In this document: positions 63,175-64,000 of the stretch, piece by piece
How positions within the stretch are numbered: position 1 is the stretch's first letter
How the letters are laid out: each line of letters opens with the position of its first letter
The notes under the pieces: model-generated
Database searches by the model: none
Told to the model about the DNA's origin: nothing
What the model saw: the letters and a program-made list of their open reading frames with translations, nothing else
Made by a program: the position numbers and the translations under genes
Source: Hormiphora californensis
Lineage: Eukaryota; Animalia; Ctenophora
Assembly (NCBI GenBank): GCA_020137815.1
Contig: CM035362.1
Location: forward strand, 6,262,001-6,326,000
DNA length: 64,000 nt
Direction: 5' to 3'

Positions 63175-63456
63175 AACCCACATGGTTCCATGACTACAAG
63201 ATCACGTGTTGAGACAAGAGTCCATAGCAACACGTTGCTACAAGACAGGAGTCCATAGCAACACGTTGCCATGAGACGGGAGTCCATAGCAACACGTTGC
63301 CATGAGTCAAGACTCAAGAGTCAACACCAAACACTCAATGTATATTCAGTTAGAATCAGACTCTTTATACAGGGATGAGATTTGAACCCCTTTTTTAATT
63401 CAGTCCATCCTTATCCAGCTGAATGTACGAATTACAGGAACCTATTTGTAACAATT

Positions 63457-63710
63457 GAATTGAGTGTTTACCAAGCAAACCTAAACACCTGTTTATCTTC
63501 TTGTTGGGGGGGAGGGGAATTGAGTGTTTACCAAGCAAACCTAAACACCTGTTTATCTTCTTGTTGGGGGGGGGAGGGGAATTGAGTGTTTACCAAGCAA
63601 ACCTAAACACCTGTTTATCTTCTTGTTGTTGGGGGGGGGGGGAATTGAGTGTTTACCAAGCAAACCTAAACACCTGTTTATCTTCTTGTTGGGGGGGGGG
63701 TGGGGGGGAA
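63457..63710. repeat. ~61-bp tandem repeat (4 copies)
   Basis: AATTGAGTGTTTACCAAGCAAACCTAAACACCTGTTTATCTTCTTGTTGGGG(n). Confidence 0.9.
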
Positions 63711-64000
63711 GAAATTGACTAAAATTGTCACTATCGAACTGGAAGTGGAAACGTTTTTTGTATTCTTCCTGATTCAGCAGTCAGCGCTCACAACCATGTC
63801 GTGTTGTTGAGTCATAATATTACCTGCATATGAGATGATGATCCAATACCGTACATGTTTTGTTTGCTTCTTGGAGGTTGCCGGGTAGCTAAATAGAGCG
63901 CCAGACTCGCGCGGTATTATAGAGGTCTGTTAAAACTATTAAAAGAGCCGATTTGTATGCTTGTTACGTCAGATTACATCATATCATGACTTGATATAGA

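Overview
Eukaryotic, intron-rich animal genomic DNA; probably a ctenophore such as Pleurobrachia, inferred from the abundant ~107-bp MITE and not verified. By hand splicing I can reconstruct four + strand genes: (1) exon 1 of a Yippee/YPEL gene (3708-3844); (2) an orphan Ser/Thr-rich gene (15149-19683); (3) an asparagine-synthetase-B-like gene with degenerate catalytic motifs (29445-46580); (4) a ~35-exon secreted C-type lectin / ConA-like / VWC-VWD-C8-TIL-VWC / 4xIg gene (49653-63174) carrying one frameshift. Also present are a 5'-truncated CRE-clade non-LTR retrotransposon and many non-autonomous DNA transposons with clear TSDs, including nested and locally duplicated hAT-type elements. Several stretches (about 6.7-7.7, 9.5-14.3 and 16.3-17.1 kb) look like unpolished low-quality sequence. 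Main observation: most large tandem arrays and many small duplications are copies of splice junctions (intron end plus exon start upstream of an exon, or exon end plus donor downstream), from 2 to ~85 copies. The exon-derived parts of these intronic copies differ from the functional exon almost only at synonymous codon positions, in all four genes. The introns appear to hold an archive of silent variants of the adjacent exon.
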